64,000 bases of DNA. Origin: Bradymonadia bacterium. GTDB taxonomy: Bacteria > Myxococcota_A > Bradymonadia > UBA7976 > UBA1532. Of the stretch, positions 1 through 13,437 are shown one piece after another. A model generated the notes under the pieces. It saw only the letters and a program-made list of their open reading frames with translations. It did not search any database and was not told where the DNA came from. Both the position numbers and the translations under genes were made by a program. Position 1 is the stretch's first letter. Each line of letters begins with the position of its first letter. The stretch spans positions 477,049-541,048 of the forward strand of contig JBKAGE010000078.1 of NCBI GenBank assembly GCA_046290225.1. Direction: 5' to 3'.

Positions 1-430
1 TGAAGGCCGCTGGGACCTCTCGGTGAAAGGTCAGCAGCGATGGCTGCGCGTGGACGAGGGCACGATGCACGTGGCCCGCGGCGGGGCACAGTCCCTCACC
101 CTCACCGACGGCGCCATGGTACGCCTCGATCTCGATGACGCAGCCCCTGAGGCGGTCCCGGCGCCGTGGGTGGTCGTGCGACCCGCCGACGACGCACCTC
201 AGAAGGCACTCCAGTGGGTGATCCCCGAGGGGCATGTGGGGGCCAGCGAGGTGGAGATCGCCACCGACATCGGCTTTGGGGCGTGCATCGTGCGGGAGGT
301 CGTCGACATCGACACGCTCCCGCTGGCGGGTTTGCCTCTGCAGGTGGGTCAGACTGTGTACTGGCGGGTGGTGCCGGTCTTCGAGGACGGCCGCCGAGGT
401 CGGCCCTCGGCCATCTACGCCATCACGCCT

Positions 431-2425
<1,995 letters not shown>

Positions 2426-2439
2426 CCTCTCACCTCACT

Positions 2440-4401
2440 TCAGCGGCGACGACGGCGCCGCTTCTTCTTTTTGCCGCCATTGATGCGATTGGCCAGGGTC
2501 AGCGCGGCCTCGGCGGCCCGGGCGCGGATCAGAGGCTCTTTGTCGGTCATGCCGGGGATCACGAGCTCCAGGGAGGCCTCGCTGCCGTAGTTGGCCAGGG
2601 CGCCGTAGGCCTCGGCCCGCACGGGCAGGTGCTTGCTCTCGAGCTGCTTGCGGTAGGTGGCCATGGACTCGCCCTTGCGCATATCTGCGAGGGCCTTGAA
2701 GGCGGCGGTGGCGGTGTCGGCGTGGGCACCGTTCACCAGGCCCAGCAGGCGCGTGGCCCCGGCGTTGCCCCGAGAGACCAGGCCGTCGACGGCGTAGACC
2801 CGCTGCTCGTCGCTCCCCTTCAGGGCGATGGCCTCGAAGACGGCGATGTCCACCTTCTCGTCTTTGGCGAGGGTCTCAATGTGGCTGGGCTGCATCCAGC
2901 GCACGGCGCTGTTGAGGCTCTTCAAGGTGGTCTTGGGGTCGAGCTTGAGCAGCTGCTGCAGGGCCAGGAACCGCACATCGAGATCAGGATCGCGCTTCAC
3001 CAGACGAATGGCGGTCACCGCCTCGGTCCGGCCCGTGGCGCCAAGGGCCTTCACCGCGGCGGTCTTGAGGCTCTTCTGCGGCGACATGACCACGAACTGC
3101 AGAGGCGAGACGATCTCGCCGGTGCCGATGTTGGCCAGGGCCTGCACCAGGGCCTCCTTCACCTGAATGTCGGGCTCCTTGCGCAGCACCTGGGAGATGC
3201 GCTTGATGTCGCCGGGCTTGGACACCGCGGCCCAGCCCTTCGCCGCGGCGAGGCGGACCTCGGTGCGGCCCTCTCGCATCGACTCTTCGAAGATGACCAC
3301 GCTGGGGCGGTGCTTCAGCTCGGTGAGCACCTGCAGGGCCCGCATGCGCAGCTCGTCGCGATCGCTCTTGGCCACCTTCTGCAGCAGCTTGATCACCTCA
3401 GGCTCGCTCCGGGCTTTGGCCCAGGCCTTGAGCCAGGCATAGCCCGCGTCGGCGTCGGCCTCTTTCTCGTTGGTGAGCAGCTGCCCCTTGAGGGCCTTCA
3501 AGGCGTCCATCCGGAACACCTTGTCCATGCCAGCCCAGGCCACCCGGCGCTTGGCGGCGTGCTCGGCCTTCTTCATGCGGGCGAGGCAGGCCACCAGGGG
3601 CTTGTGCACGTCGCTGCCGATGCCGCGACGGGACATCACCGAGGCGGCGTTGAGGCGCTTGTCGAAGGGCTCCTTGTCGAAGGTCTTCTTCAACAGCTTG
3701 GTGAGCTTCTTCACCGACTTTTTGTCATCAAGGCGCACGAGGTAGTCACGGGCCAGATCGCCCATGGCGCCCATATCGTGCAGGTTGTTCGTGGCCCACT
3801 TGAAGGCTGAAGGGTGGCTGAAGGACTTGAGGGCCTCGAGGGCCTCTTTGTGCTCCGGCTCGTCGGCGGGCTCCGCGAGGCCGAGCTCGATGACCTGCCA
3901 GGCGGTCTTCCCGCCCATCTTCAACAGCGCCTTGCGCGCCTGAGCCCGGGCGTCGGGCACGCCTTCCTTCGCGGCCTTCTTGATCAGGGCCAGCTGCTGC
4001 TTCGCCGGCAGCTTGGCCACGAGGCCGTGGCCCATCTCCCGCTCCGCCTCGTCACCGGAGGCCAGCAGCTTGTCGAGGGCCGCCTGGCCCTTGCCCCGGA
4101 CCTTCTTGTCCTTGGACTCGAGGGCGAGCACCACAGAGCGACCCTTGATCTCGGCGTCGCCGTCTTCGAGGCCACCCTCGATGGCCCCCTTCTGGGCGTC
4201 GCCGCCGAGGAGCAATTTGCCCCGGAAGATGGCCTGGCGCACCAGCGGATCAGTGGTGCCCTCAAGATCGGAGTACAGCGTCGTGGCCTGGGCCTCGAGC
4301 TCCTCCAGCGAGGGCAGACCCCCTTCGGGATCCTGGGCGTGGGCAGCGGAGAGGGCGATGACAGCCCACCCGACAGCGGGGAGCAGCGCGCGTCGAATCA
4401 T
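2440..4401 (-). CDS. Secreted HEAT-repeat protein
   Basis: Signal peptide (MIRRALL...AAHA). Repeated helical units such as 'VKEALVQALANIG' and 'VRAEAYGALANYG'. Poly-basic C-terminus. Confidence 0.8.
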   Translation of the reverse strand: MIRRALLPAVGWAVIALSAAHAQDPEGGLPSLEELEAQATTLYSDLEGTTDPLVRQAIFRGKLLLGGDAQKGAIEGGLEDGDAEIKGRSVVLALESKDKKVRGKGQAALDKLLASGDEAEREMGHGLVAKLPAKQQLALIKKAAKEGVPDARAQARKALLKMGGKTAWQVIELGLAEPADEPEHKEALEALKSFSHPSAFKWATNNLHDMGAMGDLARDYLVRLDDKKSVKKLTKLLKKTFDKEPFDKRLNAASVMSRRGIGSDVHKPLVACLARMKKAEHAAKRRVAWAGMDKVFRMDALKALKGQLLTNEKEADADAGYAWLKAWAKARSEPEVIKLLQKVAKSDRDELRMRALQVLTELKHRPSVVIFEESMREGRTEVRLAAAKGWAAVSKPGDIKRISQVLRKEPDIQVKEALVQALANIGTGEIVSPLQFVVMSPQKSLKTAAVKALGATGRTEAVTAIRLVKRDPDLDVRFLALQQLLKLDPKTTLKSLNSAVRWMQPSHIETLAKDEKVDIAVFEAIALKGSDEQRVYAVDGLVSRGNAGATRLLGLVNGAHADTATAAFKALADMRKGESMATYRKQLESKHLPVRAEAYGALANYGSEASLELVIPGMTDKEPLIRARAAEAALTLANRINGGKKKKRRRRRR

Positions 4402-4562
4402 GAGACGGCCTCCATGGAAGAAGAGCAGATCGGTGCGCACACCGACCGGGGCTCAGGAGAGTTGCATCTGGCGGGGGTACCAGCGAAATGCCGGGATTGG
4501 CAAGGGCAAAGGCGCTCACGTGGCGTGGAGCGCCGCGGCGTCACACGACGCCCGAGGCAGGA

Positions 4563-5603
4563 TCAGACTTTTTCTTTGTACTGCTTCACCAGCACGGCGC
4601 TGGCCTCGCCGAGCTTCGTGGGGCTTGAGAGCTTCACGGGGGTGCGGTGCGGGTCGAGGCCCAGCCACAAGGTGCCCTTCTGAGGGGCCTTGTCGAGATC
4701 GGCCTTCTTGATGAAGCCGCCGGTGATCTTGGTCTCGATGTCGATCTTGTGGGTCTCGAACCAACCCGCCGGCGTCCAGACCTTCTCCTGCTTGTCCACG
4801 CTGATGGTGACGAAGCGCTCCCGGCGACCATCCCAGGCGTAGAACGAGAACTTCATCCCGGGCTTGAGGTCCATCCGGCGCAGGGCGAAGAGCATGCTCA
4901 GGGCGTCGTAAGGCCCGGCGACGTAGTTGTGCGTGCGTCGGAGCGGGTGCACCTTGTCGCCGTTCTTCACCCGGGTGGAGCGCACCACGCTCTTCTTGGG
5001 GTCGTAGACCGACAGGTAACGCAGATCTTTACCGTTCTCCTTGATCTCGAAGTCGGTCTTGAGCGGCAGGAAGTTCGACTCCTCCACCAGCACGCTCACC
5101 TTGTCGTCGATGGGGTAGAACTTCGCCAGGAACTCGCTTGACCGCATCCAGCCCACCAGGGGCACCACGTTGCGGCCCATGAGCTCATAGGGCGCCCCGA
5201 CGCCGAGGATGACGTCGGCGGCCTCGGCGTTGAGCATGCGCACCTTGAAGACCAGACGCTCCCCAGGCTCGAAGGGGATCTGCCCCATGGCGGGGATCTT
5301 CATCTGCTCAGGTGAGGTCTTCGGTCGACGGTGGGGGTATCGGTTCGCCCGCTTCTTCGACTTTTTGCTGACAATGTGCCCCTTCTTGCCGGGCTTCACC
5401 TTGATCTTCTTGCCCTTCACCTTGGAGCTGACGGGCTTGGCCTTGAGCATCGGCACCTTCTTGCCCTTGGCCTTGACAGGGGAGTCAGCAGGGATCTTCG
5501 CCGGCTCGGGCGCCTTCTCCTGGGCCGAAGCCACCCCGGCGAAGGCGAGGAGGGCGGCAGCGAAGGCGGTGGCGAGGGTGTTCTTGGACATCAGGTGGCG
5601 CAT
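4563..5603 (-). CDS. DUF3108-like exported protein
   Basis: AGGAGA RBS before the ATG at 5603. Signal peptide, Lys-rich linker, and 'PFEPGERLVFKV', 'YDALSMLFALR', 'VWTPAGWFET', 'LWLGLDPHRTPVKL' segments typical of DUF3108. Confidence 0.75.
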   Translation of the reverse strand: MRHLMSKNTLATAFAAALLAFAGVASAQEKAPEPAKIPADSPVKAKGKKVPMLKAKPVSSKVKGKKIKVKPGKKGHIVSKKSKKRANRYPHRRPKTSPEQMKIPAMGQIPFEPGERLVFKVRMLNAEAADVILGVGAPYELMGRNVVPLVGWMRSSEFLAKFYPIDDKVSVLVEESNFLPLKTDFEIKENGKDLRYLSVYDPKKSVVRSTRVKNGDKVHPLRRTHNYVAGPYDALSMLFALRRMDLKPGMKFSFYAWDGRRERFVTISVDKQEKVWTPAGWFETHKIDIETKITGGFIKKADLDKAPQKGTLWLGLDPHRTPVKLSSPTKLGEASAVLVKQYKEKV

Positions 5604-5783
5604 GATCACTTCTCCTGACTGCGTGGCCTCGGCGAACCGGTCGGCGGCATGTCGATCTTGTAGAAACGTGCAGAGTAGAAATCTCAACGGCGCCTGACGC
5701 ACCCCAGGTAGAGGTTTATTTAGGCACGTCTTGTGATTCGCATAGGTAGATTCACCTCGCCAGGGGTTTCTGGTGAAGGTGGC

Positions 5784-7070
5784 TCAGCCCAGCCCCTGCC
5801 CCCGCAGGTAGTCGATGTAGGCAGGAATCTCTGCATCAGAAGGCAACTCACCGCGACGGACCGCGGCCTCGCATACACGACGCAGCTCGCCGATCCGAGG
5901 GCCTGGGGACACCCCGAGATCCTTGATGATGGCCGTGCCCAGCCCCTTGGGGATGCTGTGGGCCCGCTCGGCGTCTCTGCGGGCCACGTCGGCGATGCGC
6001 AGCTGCAAGTTGTGCAGGTGAAACATCACCTCGCGGCGCCGCCCGGGGCGCTTGCTGGTGACGTCGGCCCGAGAGAGCAACAACAGATCGTGCATCGCCG
6101 GCCCCACCTCGGCAGAAAAGCGGCGCACCGCGGAGTCACCCCAGCCCGCGTCAAAGGCCCCGGGCCGCAGGTGGTACAGGATCAACACCCGCATCCGCTC
6201 CGCCATGGCCGTCGGGAAGGACAACCTGTGGGCGATGCCGTCGAACATGTAGGCGCCGAGCTCGTCGTGCCGCAGGAAGCTCACCTTCTTGCCCGGGCCA
6301 TAGCCCCGGGTGTGCACCTTGCCGATGTCGTGGAGCAACGCCGCCCAACGAATCAGAGGCCGTGGCACCGCCTGCTCCACCACCTGGCGGGTGTGAGCCC
6401 ACACATCCTTGTGATGGAACCGGCTTGAGCGGTGGAAGTTCCTCAGCGAGGCCACCTCAGGCAGCACAAACCCCATGAGAGAAGTCCGGCTCATCGCTTC
6501 GAGGACTGGCCCCACACTCCGGCCCACCAGCACCCCGGTGAGATCATGGCGCAGTCGGTTGGCCTCCACCCTCAACGCCACCTCGGGGATGGCGTTCATC
6601 GCGTCGGTGAGCCCCTTGAAGGGGGTGAGGTTGAGGTTGGCGCACACGGCCAGCATCGACACCAAAGCTTCAGGATGCGCAGAGGCGAGAGCCTGTGGAT
6701 CGTCCACACCGAGCTGCCCCTTGGAGAGGGCGCTCATACCATCGAGAGGATCCAGCACCTCACCAGCAGGGGTGATGCCCACGGCATCTGCAGGGATCAA
6801 GCGATCTTCGAGGCCAGCGCGTAGCCCGCCGTTCGCCGGCCAGATACGCCAGCCCTGTCCCACCGCCGTACCCGGCAAATCAGGATCAGGGACGATCCCC
6901 GCGCCGGCACAGATCGTCTCCAACGTGCCCTCGACCAGGATCTCGGGCAAGCGTCGGGGCCGTCGGTGGCCCAGCACGAAGCGGGCCCCCTCTCCAACAA
7001 GGCACATCGCCGGCTCGCCGGGGATCCGCGGGGGCTCCGGGAGCGGCCTTTTCCAAACAAGCTGTTTCAT
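5784..7070 (-). CDS. HD-domain protein of CCA-adding/poly(A) polymerase architecture with a degenerate nucleotidyltransferase head
   Basis: HHKDVWAHT, ALLHDIGK, RHDELGA and SRAD motifs plus a C-terminal 'LGVSPGPRIGEL'. N-terminal catalytic motifs are eroded. Confidence 0.8.
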   Translation of the reverse strand: MKQLVWKRPLPEPPRIPGEPAMCLVGEGARFVLGHRRPRRLPEILVEGTLETICAGAGIVPDPDLPGTAVGQGWRIWPANGGLRAGLEDRLIPADAVGITPAGEVLDPLDGMSALSKGQLGVDDPQALASAHPEALVSMLAVCANLNLTPFKGLTDAMNAIPEVALRVEANRLRHDLTGVLVGRSVGPVLEAMSRTSLMGFVLPEVASLRNFHRSSRFHHKDVWAHTRQVVEQAVPRPLIRWAALLHDIGKVHTRGYGPGKKVSFLRHDELGAYMFDGIAHRLSFPTAMAERMRVLILYHLRPGAFDAGWGDSAVRRFSAEVGPAMHDLLLLSRADVTSKRPGRRREVMFHLHNLQLRIADVARRDAERAHSIPKGLGTAIIKDLGVSPGPRIGELRRVCEAAVRRGELPSDAEIPAYIDYLRGQGLG

Positions 7071-7155
7071 GGGGCGGAAGATACTGGAGGGCGTTGGGGT
7101 TCTCAAACGCCTCGGCAGGCCAGAGGCCTGTTCACTTCGACGCGTGGGGCTCGTC

Positions 7156-7500
7156 TCAGGAGGCGATGCGGCTCAGGCTATGGCTGCGGAGGTAGTCCTC
7201 GTAGGCCCGGCGGTCGCGGGGATTGATGTACTTGAACCTGAACCCGCGAACGTCTTCATCGGCGCTGCCGTCGTGGCACAGCTCACCGAGGGCGCGAATC
7301 TCGAGGGGAAAGTCGCCGGGCAGACAGAAATGAAGCCACACGAACCGTGGTTCGCCCCATGCCTGTCCGGGAAGTCGCCGAACCCGCATGCCATCGAGGC
7401 TCATGTCTTCACTGACACACAGACATTGTGCATCTTCATCGAGAATGTGATCGACAAACACCTGGATCTGCATCCGCGCGTCAGCACGACGTTCGCTCAT
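7156..7500 (-). CDS. Stand-alone PilZ domain protein (c-di-GMP receptor)
   Basis: RxxxR (RADAR) and DxSxxG (DMSLDG) motifs, plus a C-terminal 'GFRF' strand. Confidence 0.85.
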   Translation of the reverse strand: MSERRADARMQIQVFVDHILDEDAQCLCVSEDMSLDGMRVRRLPGQAWGEPRFVWLHFCLPGDFPLEIRALGELCHDGSADEDVRGFRFKYINPRDRRAYEDYLRSHSLSRIAS

Positions 7501-7754
7501 GGCGCACTCACCCTTTTGACTGTTGTAAGTTGTTGAGAAACCAACCTTAACGACGGTTTATCATGCCTTCGCCAGGGGTCCAAAAAATCGTACTGGTATT
7601 TTATGTGAGGGGTAGACAGCAGGCATCAGTGTGTGCATCCACCTCACATCGGCGCTGGCCTGATGACTCGCCGTGAGCCATACGTGCCATGCCTGGGCCG
7701 ATCCCCCCGTGCCGCGAAGCTCATCCTGGAAGGCTCAGTGGCGCAGGACCTGCC

Positions 7755-7783
7755 TTGACCCACCAGATCCAGTGGTGTATCTT
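7755..7783 (+). promoter_or_regulatory. Candidate sigma70 promoter for the HEAT/sigma54-activator operon
   Basis: TTGACC-17 nt-TATCTT, ending 45 nt before the ATG at 7829. The spacer contains a CACCA-N7-TGGTG inverted repeat. Confidence 0.55.
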
Positions 7784-7828
7784 GCCTGCCCGAACTTTGT
7801 AACCCCTTCAAACCGAAGGACTTTTTCC

Positions 7829-9549
7829 ATGCGAAGCCTCCTTCGGGCCCACATGGCGGCCCCCCTCTTCGCCCTCTGTATGTCTGCTGTGTCTGTCTCC
7901 GGCTGTGGTGAGACTGATCAGACCAAGCCCTCTTACTGGATCGAGAAGCTCGAGGGCGATCAGGCGCGAACCGCCATCAACAAGCTCGCCGAGATGAAGG
8001 CCCCCGAGTCGGTCGATCCGCTCATGAAGGCCTTCGAGAAGAGCACGCACCGGTACGAGATCATCGCCGCCCTCACCAAGATCGGCGACAAGAAGGCCGT
8101 GCCCACCCTGCTCGCAGCCCTCGCCGACGTGAGCGACGCCAAGACCGGCCAGCTCGCCGGCAACACGCTCCTCGAGTGGGATGCCAAAGAGCACCTCGGC
8201 GAGTATCTGAAGGTGCTGGCCAACACCAAGATCAAAAAAGAGACCAAGCTGGCGGTCATGGAGTTGCTGGCGAAGTTCGCCGACACCCCCGCCGCCGATC
8301 AGCTCGTGGGCATGCTCGAGCTCGACCCCGACATCGAGCCCATCGTCTTCCTCGGCCTCGCCGCCGAGGGTGTGGGCAACATCGGCGCCGAGAAGCTCGG
8401 TCCCGAGCGCACCAAGAAGGCCGTCGACGGCCTGCTGCGCTGCATGTGGCTCGACGACGCCCTGGGCCGCAATGAGGTCATGAACTGCCGCATGGCGCTG
8501 AACAAGCTGGGCCCCAAGGCCTCTGCCGACGCCATCATCGCCACCCTCGAGCGCAAGAACCGCGAAGTTGAGAAGCGGGCCCGGAAGTTCGGCTTCAACG
8601 TCGGTGGCACCATCGAGTTCAAGACCGCTGAGCTGCTCAGCGACATGAAGGTGGACCGCGCCCTCGATCCCCTGCTCGCCGCCCTCACCAAGGTGGAGGA
8701 GCCCACCCCGGCCATGCAGGCCGACGGCAAGAAGATGAACGCCTTCGTGATGAGCGGTGTGCAGAAGGTGATCTCCATCACCAACGCCCTGGCCCTCATC
8801 GGCGACGAGAAGGCCGTGGACCCGATGCTCAAGCTGGTCCTCGACGACGAGTCTCCTCTGGAGAAGCGCCTCGCCGCCGTGCAGCAGCTCGCCTTCCTCG
8901 GCAGCCAGAAGCCCGTGAAGGATCTGGTGAAGTTCTTCAAGTCGAAGGACAACCTCAAGGCCTTCGGTACCCAGGGCTTCCGCCTCAACGTGGCCATCAC
9001 CCTCGGCAACCTCATCGACGGCACCGACGCCAAGACCTTCGCCGACTTCGACAAGACCATCAACACGGTCTACGACCAGGTCGACGCCGCCCTCAAGAAG
9101 GCCACTGCGGACTACAAGACCGCCTCCAAGGGCGCCCAGCAGGGCCTCGCCGCCGACATCCAGGGCTACCGCGAGTGGCTCAAGGGCTACACCAAGGTCA
9201 AAGAGAAGCTCGCCGTGGTCAAGGAGTGCAAGGACGAGGTGGGCTGCCTCGTAAAGAAGCTCGACGACGAGAAGACCCACGTGAAGGTGCAGGCAGCCCA
9301 TCGCCTCGCCCAGAAGGCCGACGCCAAAGACACGGTGATCAAGGCCCTGCTCGCTCGGGCGGGCACCGAAGACATGGTGGTGCGCAACGCGCTGCTCTTC
9401 GGCCTCGATCGTCTCGGCGACAGCTCGCTGGTGCCCGAGCTGCAGAAGATCCGCGACAAAGACGCGGAGAAGGCCGCCAAGAACAAGAAGCTGCGGGGTC
9501 TGGTCAACGTGATGGACCTCACCCTGGCCAAGATGGCCCACCGCGGCAA

Positions 9550-9553
<4 letters not shown>
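7829..9553 (+). CDS. HEAT-repeat lipoprotein
   Basis: Signal peptide with lipobox-like VSG-C, then multiple 'ALxxIGDxKAV' HEAT/PBS-lyase repeats. Strongly biased GC3 codon usage. Confidence 0.85.
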
Positions 9554-11451
<1,898 letters not shown>

Positions 11452-11458
11452 GATCCCC

Positions 11459-12766
11459 ATGACCCGAGAGCAGCTCGTTCATCAGCTCCATCACGGCACC
11501 GAAGACGAGGCCATCGAGGCCTGCGAGCTCTTGGGGGCCATGGGTGATCCCAAAGCCCTCGGTGGCCTGCTGCACGGGCTCAAGTCCCCCAGCGCCGACG
11601 TGCGCGGTGCTGCCTGTGAGGCCCTGGGCCTGCTCGGCGACGCCCGGGCCGTCTCTCCCCTGGTGAGCATGCTCCGGGACGATGACGAAGATGTGCGGGC
11701 CGAGGCGTTCTCGGCCCTCTTCAACATCGGCCAGAGCCGGGCCTCCACCCTCAAGGTCGAGGCCTTCGTGGGGGAAGACCTCGCCAACCCCACGGCGGCC
11801 CTCACCCAGGTGGTCTGGGCTGCAGATCTCGAAGCGCTGCAGATGCTGCACGACGGCCTCGAAGACGAAGACCCCGAGGTCCGCATCGGCTCTGCCTACA
11901 CGCTGGGCCGTATGGGCGACATCAGCGCCTTCGACACCATCGCCAAGCTGCTGTCGAGCGATCCGGACGCCGACGTCCGCGCCGCGGCGGCCTTCGCCTT
12001 GGGTGATCTGCGGGCCCCCAAGGGGCTTGATGCCCTGGTTCAAGCCTGGCCTCACAACCAGCGGCCTGAAGATGACGAGGTGGCCATCTTGATCATCAGG
12101 GCCATCAACGAGTTGGAAGATCCTCGGGGTCAGTCGGCCCTGGTTCAGGGGTTGAGCCATCGCGATCCACGGACGAAGCAGCTCGCGTGCATGGGCTTGG
12201 GCTCCCAGCGCGCCACCGAGGCGATCCCCTACCTGCTGCACGTGCTCAACGATGCCCATGAGGGGGTACAACGCTGCGCCGCCGAGGCCCTCGGCCGCAT
12301 CGGTCACGACTCGGTCATTCAGCCACTCATCGACGGCTGTGGTGGTCGTGGGGCCGGGGTGCGACAGACGATCGGCCGCGCTCTCAAGCGCCTCAACGTG
12401 AACTTCGTGATCCACGCCCTCGGCGAGACCTTGAGCCGCCCGGAGACCTCGGTTCGGCAAGGGGCGGCCTACCTCATGGGCCAGGTGGGCGATGGAGGCA
12501 ACATTCGCAGGGCGATCAAAGATCCGGCTTGGGAGGTCCGCAAGGCCGCGGCCCTGGGTATGGGCACCATCGGAGACGTGACGCTGAGGGCCGATCTCGA
12601 GTTGGCCCTGGGCGACGAGGCCTGGCAGGTCAGGGTGGCCGCCGCCGAGGGCCTCAAGCGGCTTGGCGACGCCGCCGCCATCCCCGCGCTGCGCAAACGC
12701 CTCGGTGACGATCACCCCGTGGTACAGAACGCCGTCACCATCGCGCTGAAGGGTCTCGAGTCGTGA
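11459..12766 (+). CDS. HEAT/PBS-lyase repeat protein
   Basis: About ten 'DVRxAAxxALGxxG' repeats. Confidence 0.9.
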   Translation: MTREQLVHQLHHGTEDEAIEACELLGAMGDPKALGGLLHGLKSPSADVRGAACEALGLLGDARAVSPLVSMLRDDDEDVRAEAFSALFNIGQSRASTLKVEAFVGEDLANPTAALTQVVWAADLEALQMLHDGLEDEDPEVRIGSAYTLGRMGDISAFDTIAKLLSSDPDADVRAAAAFALGDLRAPKGLDALVQAWPHNQRPEDDEVAILIIRAINELEDPRGQSALVQGLSHRDPRTKQLACMGLGSQRATEAIPYLLHVLNDAHEGVQRCAAEALGRIGHDSVIQPLIDGCGGRGAGVRQTIGRALKRLNVNFVIHALGETLSRPETSVRQGAAYLMGQVGDGGNIRRAIKDPAWEVRKAAALGMGTIGDVTLRADLELALGDEAWQVRVAAAEGLKRLGDAAAIPALRKRLGDDHPVVQNAVTIALKGLES

Positions 12767-13392
12767 GCGCTCAACCTGATCGACCCCTCTACATCGCCGT
12801 CGAAGGCCCCATCGGGGTGGGCAAGACCACGCTGGTGCACAAGCTCTCCGAGCGACTCGATGGCCGCGTGGTGCTCGAGAACTTCGAGGAGAACCCGTTC
12901 CTCGCGCAGTTCTACGACGATCGCGACCGATACGCGTTCCAGACCCAGCTGTTCTTCTTGATGAGCCGGTTCAAGCAGCAGGAGGCCCTGGCCCAGGCGG
13001 AGCTGTTCACCCCGAACACCGTGGCCGACTACCATCTGCTCAAGGATCGCATCTTCGCTCGCCTGACCCTGTCGAGCCACGAGCTGATGCTCTACGAGCG
13101 GGTGTACGCCGCCCTGGAGCAGCACATCATCCAGCCCGACGTGCTCATCTACCTGCACGCCCCCATCGACGTGCTGCTCGGCCGCATCAAGAAGCGCGGC
13201 CGTGAGTTCGAGGCAGACTTCGACGCTGGGTATCTCACCGAGCTCAGCGCGATGTACCAGCACCACTTTGCCCACTACGATCGCAGCCCACTTCTGAGCC
13301 TCGACACCGCAGATCTCGACTACGTGGCTTCTGACGAGCCCGTGGACTTCATCTTGGACAAGGTGAGGCGTCTGGCGGCGGGGCAGAGCTGA
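12763..13392 (+). CDS. Deoxynucleoside kinase (Dck/Dgk family)
   Basis: IAVEGPIGVGKTT P-loop, ENPFLxxFY, FQTQLFFLMSR, RIKKRGREFE lid. Confidence 0.93.
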   Translation: MSAQPDRPLYIAVEGPIGVGKTTLVHKLSERLDGRVVLENFEENPFLAQFYDDRDRYAFQTQLFFLMSRFKQQEALAQAELFTPNTVADYHLLKDRIFARLTLSSHELMLYERVYAALEQHIIQPDVLIYLHAPIDVLLGRIKKRGREFEADFDAGYLTELSAMYQHHFAHYDRSPLLSLDTADLDYVASDEPVDFILDKVRRLAAGQS

Positions 13393-13437
13393 AGGTCAGC
13401 CCGAGCGACCCGAGAGCGTGGCTCAGGTGGGTGAGCC

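Noticed and set aside
7501..7750. sigma54 promoter or sRNA in the AT-richer gap between pilZ and the HEAT operon
   Set aside because: No correctly spaced TGGCAC-N5-TTGC and no convincing terminator or structure.
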